Source: an uncultured Bacteroidota bacterium
GTDB lineage: Bacteria; Bacteroidota; Bacteroidia; Flavobacteriales; Flavobacteriaceae
Direction of reading: 5' to 3'
DNA: 64,000 bases
NCBI GenBank assembly: GCA_903838055.1
Contig: CAILWV010000016.1
Location: forward strand, 91,252-155,251
The position numbers and the translations under genes are program-made. How positions within the stretch are numbered: position 1 is the first letter of the stretch; every line of letters begins with the position of its first letter. A model generated the notes under the pieces. It did not search any database. It was not told the DNA's origin and saw only the letters and a list, made by a program, of their open reading frames with translations. Positions 21,076-31,473 of this stretch are shown here, piece after piece.

Positions 21076-21834
21076 ATGTCAAACTTGAAAGTAAGAACGA
21101 TTTTGGTCTCGCAGCCAGAGCCAAAAGTAGATAACTCCCCTTATTTTGATTTAAAACAAAAGCATAAGGTAAAAATAGATTTTCGCTCTTTTATTCATGT
21201 AGAAGGGGTGAGTGCGAAAGATGTAAGGGCACAAAAAATTGATCTTAATAATTTCACTGCTATTATTTTAACTAGTAAAAATGCCGTAGATCACTTCTTC
21301 AAAGTTGCCGAAGAAATGCGTTACAAAGTTCCAGAAGACTTAAGATATTTTTGCCAATCGGAAGCAATTGCCTTTTATTTACAAAAATATGTGGTTTATA
21401 GAAAACGTAAGATTTATGTTGGCCAAAAAGATTTTGCTGATATGGCTCCTCTTTTCAAAAAATACAAAGACGAAAAGTATTTATTACCTGCATCTGACCA
21501 ACTAAATGCAGATGCTCCAACTACTTTAAATAATTTAAAAATTGATTGGACTCCTGCAGTTTTTTATAAAACTGTTATGAGTGATTTGTCAGATTTAGCC
21601 GATGTTTACTACGATGTATTAGCATTTTTTAGTCCAACAGGTATTAAATCTTTGTTTAAGAACTTCCCAGATTTTAAACAAAACGATACCCGAATTGCAG
21701 TTTTTGGCAGCACTACTCAAAAAGAAGCTCTTGAACATGGGTTACGCATTGATATATTAGCCCCTACTCCCGAAACCCCATCTATGACTATGGCATTAGA
21801 ACGTTATGTTGCTGAAGCCAATAAAGGAAAATAA
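21076..21834 (+). CDS. hemD: Uroporphyrinogen-III synthase
   Basis: AIILTSKNAVDHFF and AFFSPTGI, in the Bacteroidota HemD position after DUF4271. Confidence 0.85.
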   Translation: MSNLKVRTILVSQPEPKVDNSPYFDLKQKHKVKIDFRSFIHVEGVSAKDVRAQKIDLNNFTAIILTSKNAVDHFFKVAEEMRYKVPEDLRYFCQSEAIAFYLQKYVVYRKRKIYVGQKDFADMAPLFKKYKDEKYLLPASDQLNADAPTTLNNLKIDWTPAVFYKTVMSDLSDLADVYYDVLAFFSPTGIKSLFKNFPDFKQNDTRIAVFGSTTQKEALEHGLRIDILAPTPETPSMTMALERYVAEANKGK

Positions 21835-21853
21835 AATATTTTATAAAATATTG

Positions 21854-21890
21854 AAACCCCAAATTCTTCTTCAAGAATTTGGGGTTTTTT
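21854..21890. terminator. Bidirectional intrinsic terminator
   Basis: 15-bp perfect stem AAACCCCAAATTCTT / AAGAATTTGGGGTTT plus T-run. Confidence 0.75.
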
Positions 21891-21953
21891 GATATAAAAA
21901 ATTCGGAAATAACGCCGAACTCTTTACTAACAATCTAGGTGAATTTTTATTTA

Positions 21954-23579
21954 TTATAATTTAGGACCTGCCTGAACCAATTTTTCACCTTCAGCATTAT
22001 GGGTATATTGAACAAAATTTTTAATAAATCGACTCGCCAAATCTGTTGCTTTTGTATTCCATTCTGTCACATCAACATAGGTATCTCTAGGGTCTAAAAT
22101 TGCTGGATTTACATCATGTAAAGCAGTTGGAACAACAAAATCAAAAATTGGAATTGTTTTAGTTTCTGCTTTTTCAATAGAACCATCTAATATTGCATCA
22201 ATTATAGCTCGAGTATCTTTAATAGAAATTCGTTTTCCGGTTCCGTTCCAACCCGTGTTTACCATATAGGCAGTTGCATTATGCGCTTCCATTTTATTTA
22301 CTAATTCCTCTGCATATTGGGTGGGATGTAAGGAAAGAAATGCTTTTCCAAAACATGCTGAAAAAGTTGGTTCTGGTTGCGTTACTCCTCTTTCGGTTCC
22401 TGCCAATTTAGCTGTAAATCCTGAAAGGAAATAATATTTAGTTTGCTCTGGGGTTAATTTAGAAACTGGCGGCATAACACCGAAAGCATCTGCAGTTAAA
22501 AATATTACTTTTGAAGCATGACCTGCTTTAGAAACTGGCTTAACTATATTATGAATATGATTTATTGGATATGAAACTCTTGTATTTTGAGTTACCGAAC
22601 CGTCTTTAAAATCTATTTTTCCATTGGCATCCACTGTTACATTTTCTAACAATGCATCTTTAGTAATTGCTCCATAAATATCTGGTTCGTTTTCTTTGCT
22701 TAAATCAATAGTTTTAGCATAACATCCTCCTTCAAAATTAAATACACCATCATTATCCCATCCATGTTCATCGTCTCCAATTAGTTCCCGTTTTGGATCT
22801 GTTGAAAGAGTAGTTTTTCCTGTTCCAGATAATCCAAAGAAAATAGCAACATCTCCATCTGCTCCTTTATTTGCTGAACAATGCATAGAAGCCATTCCTT
22901 GCAGGGGTAAGTAGTAATTCATCATTGAGAACAACCCTTTTTTCATTTCACCACCATACCAAGTACCTCCAATTAATTGCATTTTTTCGGTAAGATTAAA
23001 GGCAACATAAACCTCCGAATTTAATCCATGGCTTTTATAATCTTTAAAACTAGTTTTAGAACCGTTCATGACAATAAAATCTGGCTCACCAAAATTATCA
23101 AGCTCTTCATCAGTAGGACGAATAAACATATTTTTTACAAAATGAGCTTGCCAAGCGACTTCCATAATAAAACGAACTTTTAATCGGCTATTCTCATTTG
23201 CTCCACAGAAAGCATCAACAACAAACAATCGTTTGCCAGAAAGTTGTTCAACGGTAGTTTCTTTTAAAGCATTCCAGGTAGTTTGGGAAATTGGCTTATT
23301 GTCATTAACAGCTTTTTCAGAATTCCACCAAACTGTATCTTCGGTAATACTGTCTTTAACAATATATTTATCTTTTGGAGAGCGACCTGTAAATTCACCA
23401 GTCATAACATTTACCGCTCCAAGTTCAGTAAGTTGACCTCTTTCATATCCTATCAAACCTTGATTTAATTCTTCTTTATATAAAAATTCAAAAGAGGGAT
23501 TGTGAATAATTTCTTTGGCATTTTGGATTCCGTATTGATTTAACGAAATCGATTTCGTAAACGAAGCGTAGTTGTCCAT
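21954..23579 (-). CDS. pckA: Phosphoenolpyruvate carboxykinase (ATP)
   Basis: [12 protein letters not shown]-loop, LIGDDEHGW and NFEGGCYAK. Confidence 0.97.
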   Translation of the reverse strand: MDNYASFTKSISLNQYGIQNAKEIIHNPSFEFLYKEELNQGLIGYERGQLTELGAVNVMTGEFTGRSPKDKYIVKDSITEDTVWWNSEKAVNDNKPISQTTWNALKETTVEQLSGKRLFVVDAFCGANENSRLKVRFIMEVAWQAHFVKNMFIRPTDEELDNFGEPDFIVMNGSKTSFKDYKSHGLNSEVYVAFNLTEKMQLIGGTWYGGEMKKGLFSMMNYYLPLQGMASMHCSANKGADGDVAIFFGLSGTGKTTLSTDPKRELIGDDEHGWDNDGVFNFEGGCYAKTIDLSKENEPDIYGAITKDALLENVTVDANGKIDFKDGSVTQNTRVSYPINHIHNIVKPVSKAGHASKVIFLTADAFGVMPPVSKLTPEQTKYYFLSGFTAKLAGTERGVTQPEPTFSACFGKAFLSLHPTQYAEELVNKMEAHNATAYMVNTGWNGTGKRISIKDTRAIIDAILDGSIEKAETKTIPIFDFVVPTALHDVNPAILDPRDTYVDVTEWNTKATDLASRFIKNFVQYTHNAEGEKLVQAGPKL

Positions 23580-23658
23580 AAAAAATTCTTGTGTTGCAAT
23601 TAATAATTATTCTGCAAAGATAAAAATTAAAATTACAACGATATAGTTAATAAGTTAA

Positions 23659-24045
23659 TTATATTTTTTTCTTTAAAAAATGAACCATTAACAATCCCCA
23701 TGCAACAATTAAAAGCAACCCTCCAATTGGCGTTATGAAACCTATTGTCTTGAAATTAAAGGAGTTTAAACTATCTGTAGCCAATAAATAAATTGATCCT
23801 GAAAAGAAGACTACGCCAAAAATTGTTAAAACTAAAATGGTTTTCTTAAGTTCTTTGCTAATTTCAGTATTTAAACCTAAAAACAACAAAAACAAAGCAT
23901 GGTACATTTGGTACTTAACTCCAGTTTCAAAAGTGGTCAACTGCTCTATTGTCAAGACTTGTTTCAATGCATGTGCACCAAAAGCACCTAAAACAATAGA
24001 GGTCATTCCAAAAAAAGCAGCAGTAGATAGGATTTTATTATTCAT
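23659..24045 (-). CDS. DUF423 family membrane protein
   Basis: GAFGAHAL, YQMYHAL, FSGSIY and TPIGG motifs. ATG at 24045. Confidence 0.9.
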   Translation of the reverse strand: MNNKILSTAAFFGMTSIVLGAFGAHALKQVLTIEQLTTFETGVKYQMYHALFLLFLGLNTEISKELKKTILVLTIFGVVFFSGSIYLLATDSLNSFNFKTIGFITPIGGLLLIVAWGLLMVHFLKKKI

Positions 24046-24167
24046 TTTAGATAGGGATATAATTTTTAACAAATTTATTAGTTATATATCAATTGCAAAA
24101 GGACTTTTATGTTTTCTTTTAGATAAAACAATTTTAAACTTTTATATTTGCATTTATATTTTTTTTT

Positions 24168-24929
24168 ATGAAAAAAGCGATATTATTACTAGTACTAATT
24201 TTGATTTTTTGTTCTTTTAAATCAGACAATACTTCTGGAATTCCTTCAGGAGAAAATTTGATATTTGTAGGCTCCTACAATATGAGTGGACTAATGACCC
24301 AATTAGCGCAAGTAACACTTTCTACTGAAATGGTAAACACTTCCAAAAATTCTTATTTGCATTTAAACTGCGAATTAGCAACTTATGCAAAATGGGATAA
24401 GTTCTTTAAAATCAGAGACACCTACGAATCTTATGTAGATCCAATAACATTAAAACCTAGTCTTTACAAACGAAGCATTGATGAAGGGGGCTGGACTAAA
24501 AAGGAAAAATATACCTTTAAAGGATCTACAGTAACAAGCACTTCAAAAAGAAAAAATAGTCCCGAAGTAACAAGAACATTTACTGTTGGTGGTACCACTC
24601 AAGATGTAGTTTCATTAATGTACAAATTAAGAACTTTGGATATAGACAAAATGAAAACGGGACAATCACAATCATTTGTTGCTGTTTTTGACGAAAAACA
24701 AATTCCAGTAACCATAAAATTATTAGGAACAGAATCAGTTTCTGCTGGAAATTTAGGTGCAAAAAATTGTTATAAATTATCAATCGGAGCAAAAACTGAC
24801 GTACTAAAAGGGAAAGATAAAAATCTAATTTACCTAACTGCAGATGCTAAAAAAGTACCAGTTTTAATGAAATTTAGCATCCCCGTTGGCACCGGTCAAT
24901 TAGCTTTAACTTCTGCAACTGGAATATAA
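24168..24929 (+). CDS. DUF3108-like protein
   Basis: Signal peptide and beta-rich sequence with GENLIF...Y and DTYESYVD patterns. Confidence 0.65.
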   Translation: MKKAILLLVLILIFCSFKSDNTSGIPSGENLIFVGSYNMSGLMTQLAQVTLSTEMVNTSKNSYLHLNCELATYAKWDKFFKIRDTYESYVDPITLKPSLYKRSIDEGGWTKKEKYTFKGSTVTSTSKRKNSPEVTRTFTVGGTTQDVVSLMYKLRTLDIDKMKTGQSQSFVAVFDEKQIPVTIKLLGTESVSAGNLGAKNCYKLSIGAKTDVLKGKDKNLIYLTADAKKVPVLMKFSIPVGTGQLALTSATGI

Positions 24930-24930
24930 T

Positions 24931-25245
24931 ATGAGAAAAACATTTTTATTTATCGCCATCGCTCTAACCATAGTTAGCATAATTTTTTCGGCACTTCCAT
25001 TAGACACTCTTGCTCTTGCTCCAATAGGATTAGCACTGCTATTTATTTTCTTAGCATTTAAAAAATCGGATGCCGTACAACGAAAATTTATTAAAGTCCT
25101 TTTCAGTGTTACCTACATCTGCGCGTTGGTAGTTTTAGGCAAAACCTTTTTGATAAAAGATAAAGTTGCTGTAGACACCAAATTTGAACAACAAAAAGTA
25201 GAATCAAAAAAAGAAGACATAAAAGATCTAGAAGGTTTAGAATAA
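24931..25245 (+). CDS. Small membrane protein of unknown function
   Basis: Three hydrophobic segments and a charged tail; starts 1 nt after the upstream stop. Confidence 0.6.
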   Translation: MRKTFLFIAIALTIVSIIFSALPLDTLALAPIGLALLFIFLAFKKSDAVQRKFIKVLFSVTYICALVVLGKTFLIKDKVAVDTKFEQQKVESKKEDIKDLEGLE

Positions 25246-25543
25246 TCCTATTATATAAAACCATTTGCGTATAAATTTTATACCACAAAGAAGCAGAGTT
25301 TTAAAAAACATACAAAGGCGCTTCACATTATTTAAGAAATTCATAGTTATATAACCCCAATAATTAGGCTATCCAACATTTTTTTTCTTTGTAACTAGGA
25401 GGTTAAAAACAATTATTATTTTCTAAACATAAAAAACAAATCACAAAGCCCATTCCTTTTTGCGTGCACTTTTTTGTTTTTATCAAAAAAGAGTGTCAAA
25501 TCATTACAAATTCCTAAATTTGTATTCCATTCACAAACAAATT

Positions 25544-26920
25544 ATGAGAAATATCCTAATCATTGGTGCTGGTCGTTCGGCTTCCTCCCTAATACAATAT
25601 CTTTTAAATAAATCTACTCAAGAAAATTTACATCTTACCATTGCCGATATTTCATTAGAATTAGCACAACGAAAAACCAACAGCCATCCTAATGCTACCG
25701 CTATTGCTCTAGATATTAATGATGAATCACAAAGACATTCTGAAATTGCCAAGGCCGACATAGTTATTTCAATGCTTCCGGCACATTTACATATTGAAGT
25801 AGCAAAAGACTGCATCACCTACAAGAAAAATATGGTTACTGCTTCTTACGTTTCCGATGCTATGCAAGAATTAGATGCAGCTGCTAAAGAAAACGGATTA
25901 GTTTTCATGAATGAAATCGGGCTAGATCCCGGAATCGATCACATGAGTGCCATGAAAGTAATTGAAGAAATAAGAGCAAAAGGAGGTAAAATAATACTAT
26001 TTGAATCTTTTTGCGGCGGATTAGTAGCTCCCGAAAGTGACAACAATCTTTGGAATTATAAATTTACTTGGGCGCCGAGAAATGTTGTTCTTGCAGGTCA
26101 AGGGGGTGCAGCAAAATTTATTCAAGAAGGAAAATACAAATATATTCCCTACACTAAATTATTTAGAAGAACCGAATTTTTAGCGGTCGAAGGATACGGT
26201 AAATTCGAAGGCTATGCAAATAGAGATTCCCTAAAATACCGCAGTGTATATGGACTTGACGACGCTCTTACACTCTATCGAGGAACCATTAGAAGAGTTG
26301 GTTTTTCAAAGGCTTGGAACATGTTCGTACAACTCGGCATGACTGACGATACCTATTCTATGGAAAACTCCGAAAACATGAGTTTCCGTGAATTCACCAA
26401 CTCATTTTTACCTTACCACCCTACCGATTCTGTGGAAATCAAAACACGTTTGGCTCTAAATATTGAGCAAGATGACATCATGTGGGACAAACTCCTAGAA
26501 CTTGATTTATTTAATTCTAATAAAAAGATTGGATTAAAAAACGCAACTCCAGCACAAATTCTTGAACGCATACTTAATGATAGTTGGACCTTACAGCCAA
26601 ACGACAAAGATATGATTGTCATGTACCATAAATTTGGCTACGAAATACAAGGGCAACAATACCAAATTGATTCCAAAATGGTGTGTATTGGCGACGACCA
26701 AACCTACACTGCCATGGCTAAAACAGTGGGACTTCCTGTTGCTATCGCCACCCTGCAAATCTTAAACGGTAATATTAAAACCCCAGGTGTCCAACTGCCT
26801 ATTCGCAAAGAAGTGTATGAACCTATATTAAAAGAATTGGAAGAATTTGGCGTGGTGTTCAAAGAAACAGCAATGCCTTATATTGGCTATAATCCAGATA
26901 AATTAGTTACTTCTAATTAA
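25544..26920 (+). CDS. Saccharopine dehydrogenase family protein
   Basis: Rossmann ILIIGAGRS, EIGLDPGIDH, SFCGGL and YKFTWAP. ATG at 25544. Confidence 0.92.
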   Translation: MRNILIIGAGRSASSLIQYLLNKSTQENLHLTIADISLELAQRKTNSHPNATAIALDINDESQRHSEIAKADIVISMLPAHLHIEVAKDCITYKKNMVTASYVSDAMQELDAAAKENGLVFMNEIGLDPGIDHMSAMKVIEEIRAKGGKIILFESFCGGLVAPESDNNLWNYKFTWAPRNVVLAGQGGAAKFIQEGKYKYIPYTKLFRRTEFLAVEGYGKFEGYANRDSLKYRSVYGLDDALTLYRGTIRRVGFSKAWNMFVQLGMTDDTYSMENSENMSFREFTNSFLPYHPTDSVEIKTRLALNIEQDDIMWDKLLELDLFNSNKKIGLKNATPAQILERILNDSWTLQPNDKDMIVMYHKFGYEIQGQQYQIDSKMVCIGDDQTYTAMAKTVGLPVAIATLQILNGNIKTPGVQLPIRKEVYEPILKELEEFGVVFKETAMPYIGYNPDKLVTSN

Positions 26921-26953
26921 AGATTCTCAATTTTTTTTTAGAGCGTAAGTGTG

Positions 26954-27030
26954 GGCATTTTAGTAAACGTTGTTCCCGCTTTTCGCACCGCATGGCGGAT
27001 TGCTTCAATCGGGGCTAGATAGTTTATGCC
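26954..27030 (+). repeat. Structured intergenic element, Flavo-1-like/REP-like family, short copy
   Basis: CCCGCTTTTCG...CCGC-ATG-GCGG...CAATCGGGGCTAG with outer GGCAT/TAAAC pairing to GTTTATGCC. Shares end motifs with 58762-58862. Confidence 0.5.
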
Positions 27031-27111
27031 TTTTGTAAAATTATTAGTACTAATGACTTTTTACTTTACAATTGAAACAATATTCCTATTTTTGCTTTAA
27101 ATATAGCACAA

Positions 27112-27582
27112 ATGAAAATCAACCAACTACAAATAGAAATTGACGGGATCGATAAAGAAATCCTTCGAGACCTTATGGAGGATGCGCGAAAGCCAATTTT
27201 GCAAATAGCAAACAAAATAGGGATTTCGGGAGCAGCCATTCACCAAAGATTAAAAAAACTAGAAGATGCGGGGGTGATTTCGGGCTCTAAATTCATAATA
27301 AACAATAAAGTTTTAGGATATAAAACCATGGCATTTATTGGAGTCTACCTTGAAAAAGCCGCAAACAACTCGGAAGCCGTAAAAGAATTACGTAAAATTC
27401 CCGAGGTGCTAGAATGCCATTACACCACTGGAAATTGGAGTATATTAATAAAAATTATCTGCAAAGACAACGAACATTTAATGCAACTCTTAAATTCTAA
27501 GATACAACCTATTGATGGTGTTTCTAGAACTGAAACCTTTATCTCTTTAGACCAACAAATAGAACGACAAATTCAATTGTAA
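27112..27582 (+). CDS. Lrp/AsnC family transcriptional regulator
   Basis: IDGIDKEILRDL...HTH...RLKKLEDAGVI, with an AsnC C-terminal domain. Confidence 0.93.
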   Translation: MKINQLQIEIDGIDKEILRDLMEDARKPILQIANKIGISGAAIHQRLKKLEDAGVISGSKFIINNKVLGYKTMAFIGVYLEKAANNSEAVKELRKIPEVLECHYTTGNWSILIKIICKDNEHLMQLLNSKIQPIDGVSRTETFISLDQQIERQIQL

Positions 27583-27593
27583 TTACAAAACCC

Positions 27594-27872
27594 ATGAACT
27601 TCAACAAATTCTCAAAAGAAAATATAACCATTGCTTTTTATACTATTTACATATTAATTGCAGGAGTGTTTTATGAACTACTTCCAACCCATGGCAACAC
27701 ACCTAATGGTGGAGTATTATTATTGTATTTATTCGTGCCAATAAGTATCTTTTATTTTATGGTGCATTTAATAAAACAACTATACGGAAATCAAAGTTAT
27801 GCTAAATGCCTTCTAATTCATGGTGTTGTTTGGTTATCGGTTGCAGTAATTTTATCAACATTATCTAAATAA
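27594..27872 (+). CDS. Small hypothetical membrane protein
   Basis: 92 aa, three TM-like segments, 11 nt after the Lrp gene. Confidence 0.55.
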   Translation: MNFNKFSKENITIAFYTIYILIAGVFYELLPTHGNTPNGGVLLLYLFVPISIFYFMVHLIKQLYGNQSYAKCLLIHGVVWLSVAVILSTLSK

Positions 27873-27964
27873 TTTAGCTGTATTAATTTTGTATTTTTTG
27901 TCCTAATAGACTATTTTTTAAATAAATAAATTATTTCTTCTTACATTTAAACAAAAAATTATAC

Positions 27965-29107
27965 ATGCAGTTTTCCGATAAAAGAAATAGAACACGTTGG
28001 GTTATCATATTCGCATCCTTTTTTATTGTGATCCTTATTTTATGGAATACTTATTCTTTTTTTCAAATATTTAAAAATGAAGAACGGGAAAAAATGGAAC
28101 AATGGGCATTGGCTATGAAGACAATGAAAAATGCCGACACTGATACCGATACCGAATTGCCGTTGAAGATAGTTCAAAACGCAAGTATCCCAATCATTGT
28201 TACACAAGAGGGTAAAATCATTAATAATGTAAATATTGAAGAAGATATTGCTAAAGACAAAGATAAACTTGCTGGGTTTTTAGAAAATTTAAAATCAGAA
28301 AATAATGCTATTCCGATAGAATATTCTCCTGGGAAAGTTCAAAAATTATATTACGGTGACTCTTCTTTATTGAATAAACTTAAATATTACCCGATTGCTT
28401 TATTGCTTATTATTTTTCTGTTTGGAGCCTTAGTTTATAATTTTTATAAAAGTACCAAAATAGCAACTCAAAACAAACTTTGGGCTGGAATGGCTAAAGA
28501 AACCGCTCACCAAATAGGAACTCCTTTATCGTCATTAATTGGTTGGCTCGAAATCATGAAAGCTGAAAATGTATCGGAAACTATTCTTGTAGAAATAGAA
28601 AAAGACATCAAAAGATTGCAAACAATAACCGATCGATTTTCTAAAATTGGATCCGAACCAGCTTTACAAAAAAAGGATGTTATTGAAGAAACACATAACT
28701 CTTTTGATTATTTAAAATCAAGATTTTCAAACCAAGTTTCCTTTACTTTTAATGCTCCAAAAGATCCAATTTTCATTTCTTTGAATCCCGAATTACACAG
28801 TTGGACGATAGAAAATTTAATGAAAAATGCAATTGACGCTATGAAAGGCAAAGGGGAATTAGCCCTTAAAATTGAAAAAGACGGACAGTATGTTAGAATT
28901 AACATAACCGACACAGGAAAGGGAATTCCTAAAAAACAATATAATCGGGTATTTGAACCAGGATTTACTACCAAAAAACGTGGTTGGGGCTTGGGCTTAT
29001 CATTAACTAAACGCATTGTTGAAGAATACCACACAGGAAAAATAAAAGTAGCACATTCGGAAATTGGTGTAGGAACTACAATACAGATTTCTTATAAGTT
29101 TAGTTAA
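27965..29107 (+). CDS. Sensor histidine kinase
   Basis: Two TMs, H-box AHQIGTPLS, N-box ENLMKNAIDA, DTGKG and GWGLGL. Confidence 0.93.
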   Translation: MQFSDKRNRTRWVIIFASFFIVILILWNTYSFFQIFKNEEREKMEQWALAMKTMKNADTDTDTELPLKIVQNASIPIIVTQEGKIINNVNIEEDIAKDKDKLAGFLENLKSENNAIPIEYSPGKVQKLYYGDSSLLNKLKYYPIALLLIIFLFGALVYNFYKSTKIATQNKLWAGMAKETAHQIGTPLSSLIGWLEIMKAENVSETILVEIEKDIKRLQTITDRFSKIGSEPALQKKDVIEETHNSFDYLKSRFSNQVSFTFNAPKDPIFISLNPELHSWTIENLMKNAIDAMKGKGELALKIEKDGQYVRINITDTGKGIPKKQYNRVFEPGFTTKKRGWGLGLSLTKRIVEEYHTGKIKVAHSEIGVGTTIQISYKFS

Positions 29108-29147
29108 TATTGATTCTAAATATCTTTCAAACTTAAAAAGAAAACGA

Positions 29148-30290
29148 TCAACGATATTTACTCATCATCAATTTTCTTCCAACTAACCCTTTGCTCAGAT
29201 AAGTATCCAAAAAAGTTTTTTGCTTTTCCGTTTGATCTACAGCTTCTAATATTGATTTTTTAAGCTTCATTAAATTCGAAGTGTTTTCGGCACCAACAGA
29301 TCCAATGTTGTAAACATCTTCTTTACATTTATTCATTTTATCCAATAAATCTTGCATATTTTTTTTAAGTAATTCATCGGATTGTTCGGGTTTAAATTTA
29401 TTAAATCGAAATCGAGAAAAATCATTCAACAAACCAATTGCTTCGTTATAATTAATAACTACGGCATTTAATTTATCGATGTTTGTATTTTGTTTTAAAA
29501 TCGTAAAATTTTTCTTTCTATAGTTATATTCTTCAACTATCAACTTATTTATTAACCCATTTTTTTCTATTCGTTCAGCTGTTTCAAAATCTTTATCCGA
29601 TTCGGATAATCCATCAAAACGATCTATTTGGGCTTGGAAATCACAAATTATTTTAGCCTTTTTAGGATCATTTTTTCCTCCATTAAATTCAATATTAGTA
29701 ACCGGTGTAGGTAGAAATTGCCATATATAATCAAAGGGCATGTGCTCAAAAATGAATTTACTAGGTTCCACTTTAAAATAAGAATTATCAAGTTTTTTTA
29801 CATATTTTTGATTCTCAACATATCCCGAACCCCATGTTGGATCAAATAAAAACCATTTACCATCTAATTGTGAAGCGCACCAAGCATGACCTAGAGTTGC
29901 AATTTTGCCGTATTGTTTAGTATAGCCTTGAACAACATAGGTCCGTACTCCAATTTTATTTGCTAAATCATTAAAAACTGCTGCATAATGCATACATACA
30001 CCTTTTTTAGTTTCTAGAGCGGACTTAATTTTAGTATCCTCGGTTTGTGTTGGATCTTGATTTAGCATGTTTACAACATCATAGCTTATATTGGTGGCAG
30101 TCCAAATAAAAACAGCTCTAATTTTGTCGTTTGGTGTTTTAAAATTACTAGAAATATATTCTGCAATTTTAGTTGTAGAAGTGGTTATACTATCCGGTAT
30201 TTGTGCCATTTTATTATCCACAACTTCATATTGACAATAGCTAAAAGAAGAAAAAAACAAAAAAAGAAACCAATAATTTTTCATAAACAA
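29148..30290 (-). CDS. Transglutaminase-like secreted protein
   Basis: Intact Cys-His-Asp triad (GVCMHYA, HAWC, DPTWG) and a signal peptide. Confidence 0.85.
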   Translation of the reverse strand: MFMKNYWFLFLFFSSFSYCQYEVVDNKMAQIPDSITTSTTKIAEYISSNFKTPNDKIRAVFIWTATNISYDVVNMLNQDPTQTEDTKIKSALETKKGVCMHYAAVFNDLANKIGVRTYVVQGYTKQYGKIATLGHAWCASQLDGKWFLFDPTWGSGYVENQKYVKKLDNSYFKVEPSKFIFEHMPFDYIWQFLPTPVTNIEFNGGKNDPKKAKIICDFQAQIDRFDGLSESDKDFETAERIEKNGLINKLIVEEYNYRKKNFTILKQNTNIDKLNAVVINYNEAIGLLNDFSRFRFNKFKPEQSDELLKKNMQDLLDKMNKCKEDVYNIGSVGAENTSNLMKLKKSILEAVDQTEKQKTFLDTYLSKGLVGRKLMMSKYR

Positions 30291-30362
30291 TTGACTTTAG
30301 GTATAAAAAAGAAATTCCACTAATTTAAAAAAATTAATGGAATTGATACTGTAATTGATGAT

Positions 30363-30752
30363 TTATAAATTGGCTTGAACCAATTTTGCAATGGCTTCAA
30401 ATTCTTCTTTGGTAAGCGTTACTTTATCTTGAAACCGCATCTCATTCATTTCGTTTAAAGGAATTAGGTGCACATGAGCATGAGGAACTTCAAGACCAAT
30501 GACTGACATACCTATTCGTTTGCATGGAATTGTTTTTTCAAGTGCTATCGCAATTTTTTTTGAAAATTGCATTAATCCTAGAAACAAATCGTCTTCGAGA
30601 TCAAAAATTTTATCAATCTCTTGTTTTGGAATACATAAAGTATGCCCTTTAGCATTTGGATTTACATCTAAAAAAGCCAAGAAATTTTCGTCCTCTGCTA
30701 TTTTATAACAAGGAATTTCTCCTTGCACTATTTTAGTAAAAATACTAGACAT
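30363..30752 (-). CDS. HIT family hydrolase
   Basis: Histidine triad HAHVHLIP. Confidence 0.95.
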   Translation of the reverse strand: MSSIFTKIVQGEIPCYKIAEDENFLAFLDVNPNAKGHTLCIPKQEIDKIFDLEDDLFLGLMQFSKKIAIALEKTIPCKRIGMSVIGLEVPHAHVHLIPLNEMNEMRFQDKVTLTKEEFEAIAKLVQANL

Positions 30753-30754
30753 AA

Positions 30755-31231
30755 TTAGTCTCTTGAAATTTCTAAAATTTCAAATTTCAACGTACCGTTA
30801 GGAACCGTAATTTCAGCAATTTCGCCAACAGATTTTCCTAATAAGCCTTTTCCAATTGGAGACGTCACGGATATTTTTCCGGTTTTTAAATCGGCTTCAC
30901 TTTCTGCTACCAAGGTATAGGTAATTTCCATCCCGTTGGTTTGATTTTTAATTTTAACATTAGATAAAACCAAAACTTTAGACGTATCTAAATGACTTTC
31001 ATCAATTAATCTAGCGTTAGAGTACACCTCTTCTAGCTTAGCAATACGCATTTCTAGCATACCTTGTGCTTCTTTTGCCGCGTCGTATTCTGCATTTTCT
31101 GATAAATCTCCTTTATCTCGAGCTTCCGCAATGTCAGCAGATGCTTTAGGTCGCATTACACTTTTTAAGTGATCTAATTCTTCTTTTAATTTTTTAAGTC
31201 CTTCTGCTGTGTAATAAGATACAGTGCTCAT
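30755..31231 (-). CDS. greA: Transcription elongation factor GreA
   Basis: GDLSENAEYDAAK and ISVTSPIGKGLLG motifs. Confidence 0.97.
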   Translation of the reverse strand: MSTVSYYTAEGLKKLKEELDHLKSVMRPKASADIAEARDKGDLSENAEYDAAKEAQGMLEMRIAKLEEVYSNARLIDESHLDTSKVLVLSNVKIKNQTNGMEITYTLVAESEADLKTGKISVTSPIGKGLLGKSVGEIAEITVPNGTLKFEILEISRD

Positions 31232-31337
31232 AATTTCATTTCTTTATTTACTTCGCTTATAGAATAATTTATCTTAACGAAGTTATTATTTTGTAATTCG
31301 TATTATTAACAAATTTTCAAACGTCATCCTAAAATAG

Positions 31338-31361
31338 AAAAAATCCCATCAAGACGGGATT
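31338..31361 (-). terminator. Terminator-like hairpin in the greA leader
   Basis: The minus strand reads AATCCCGTC-TT-GATGGGATT-TTTT, starting 7 nt after a TATCTTTG box (31369-31376). Confidence 0.5.
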
Positions 31362-31473
31362 CTTTTTTCAAAGATAACTAATTTGTATATTAAATTCCTA
31401 CTTTTGTGTTATAATACAATACAAAGTTAATTAAATTAATTTTTTAAACGAATCTTTTGATAAATTTTTTAAA

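Noticed and set aside
25284-25317. CACAAAG...TACAAAG upstream of saccharopine dehydrogenase as a GxxExxY-type left end
   Set aside because: Only one exact unit, without the 10-11 nt periodicity and with no right-hand partner.
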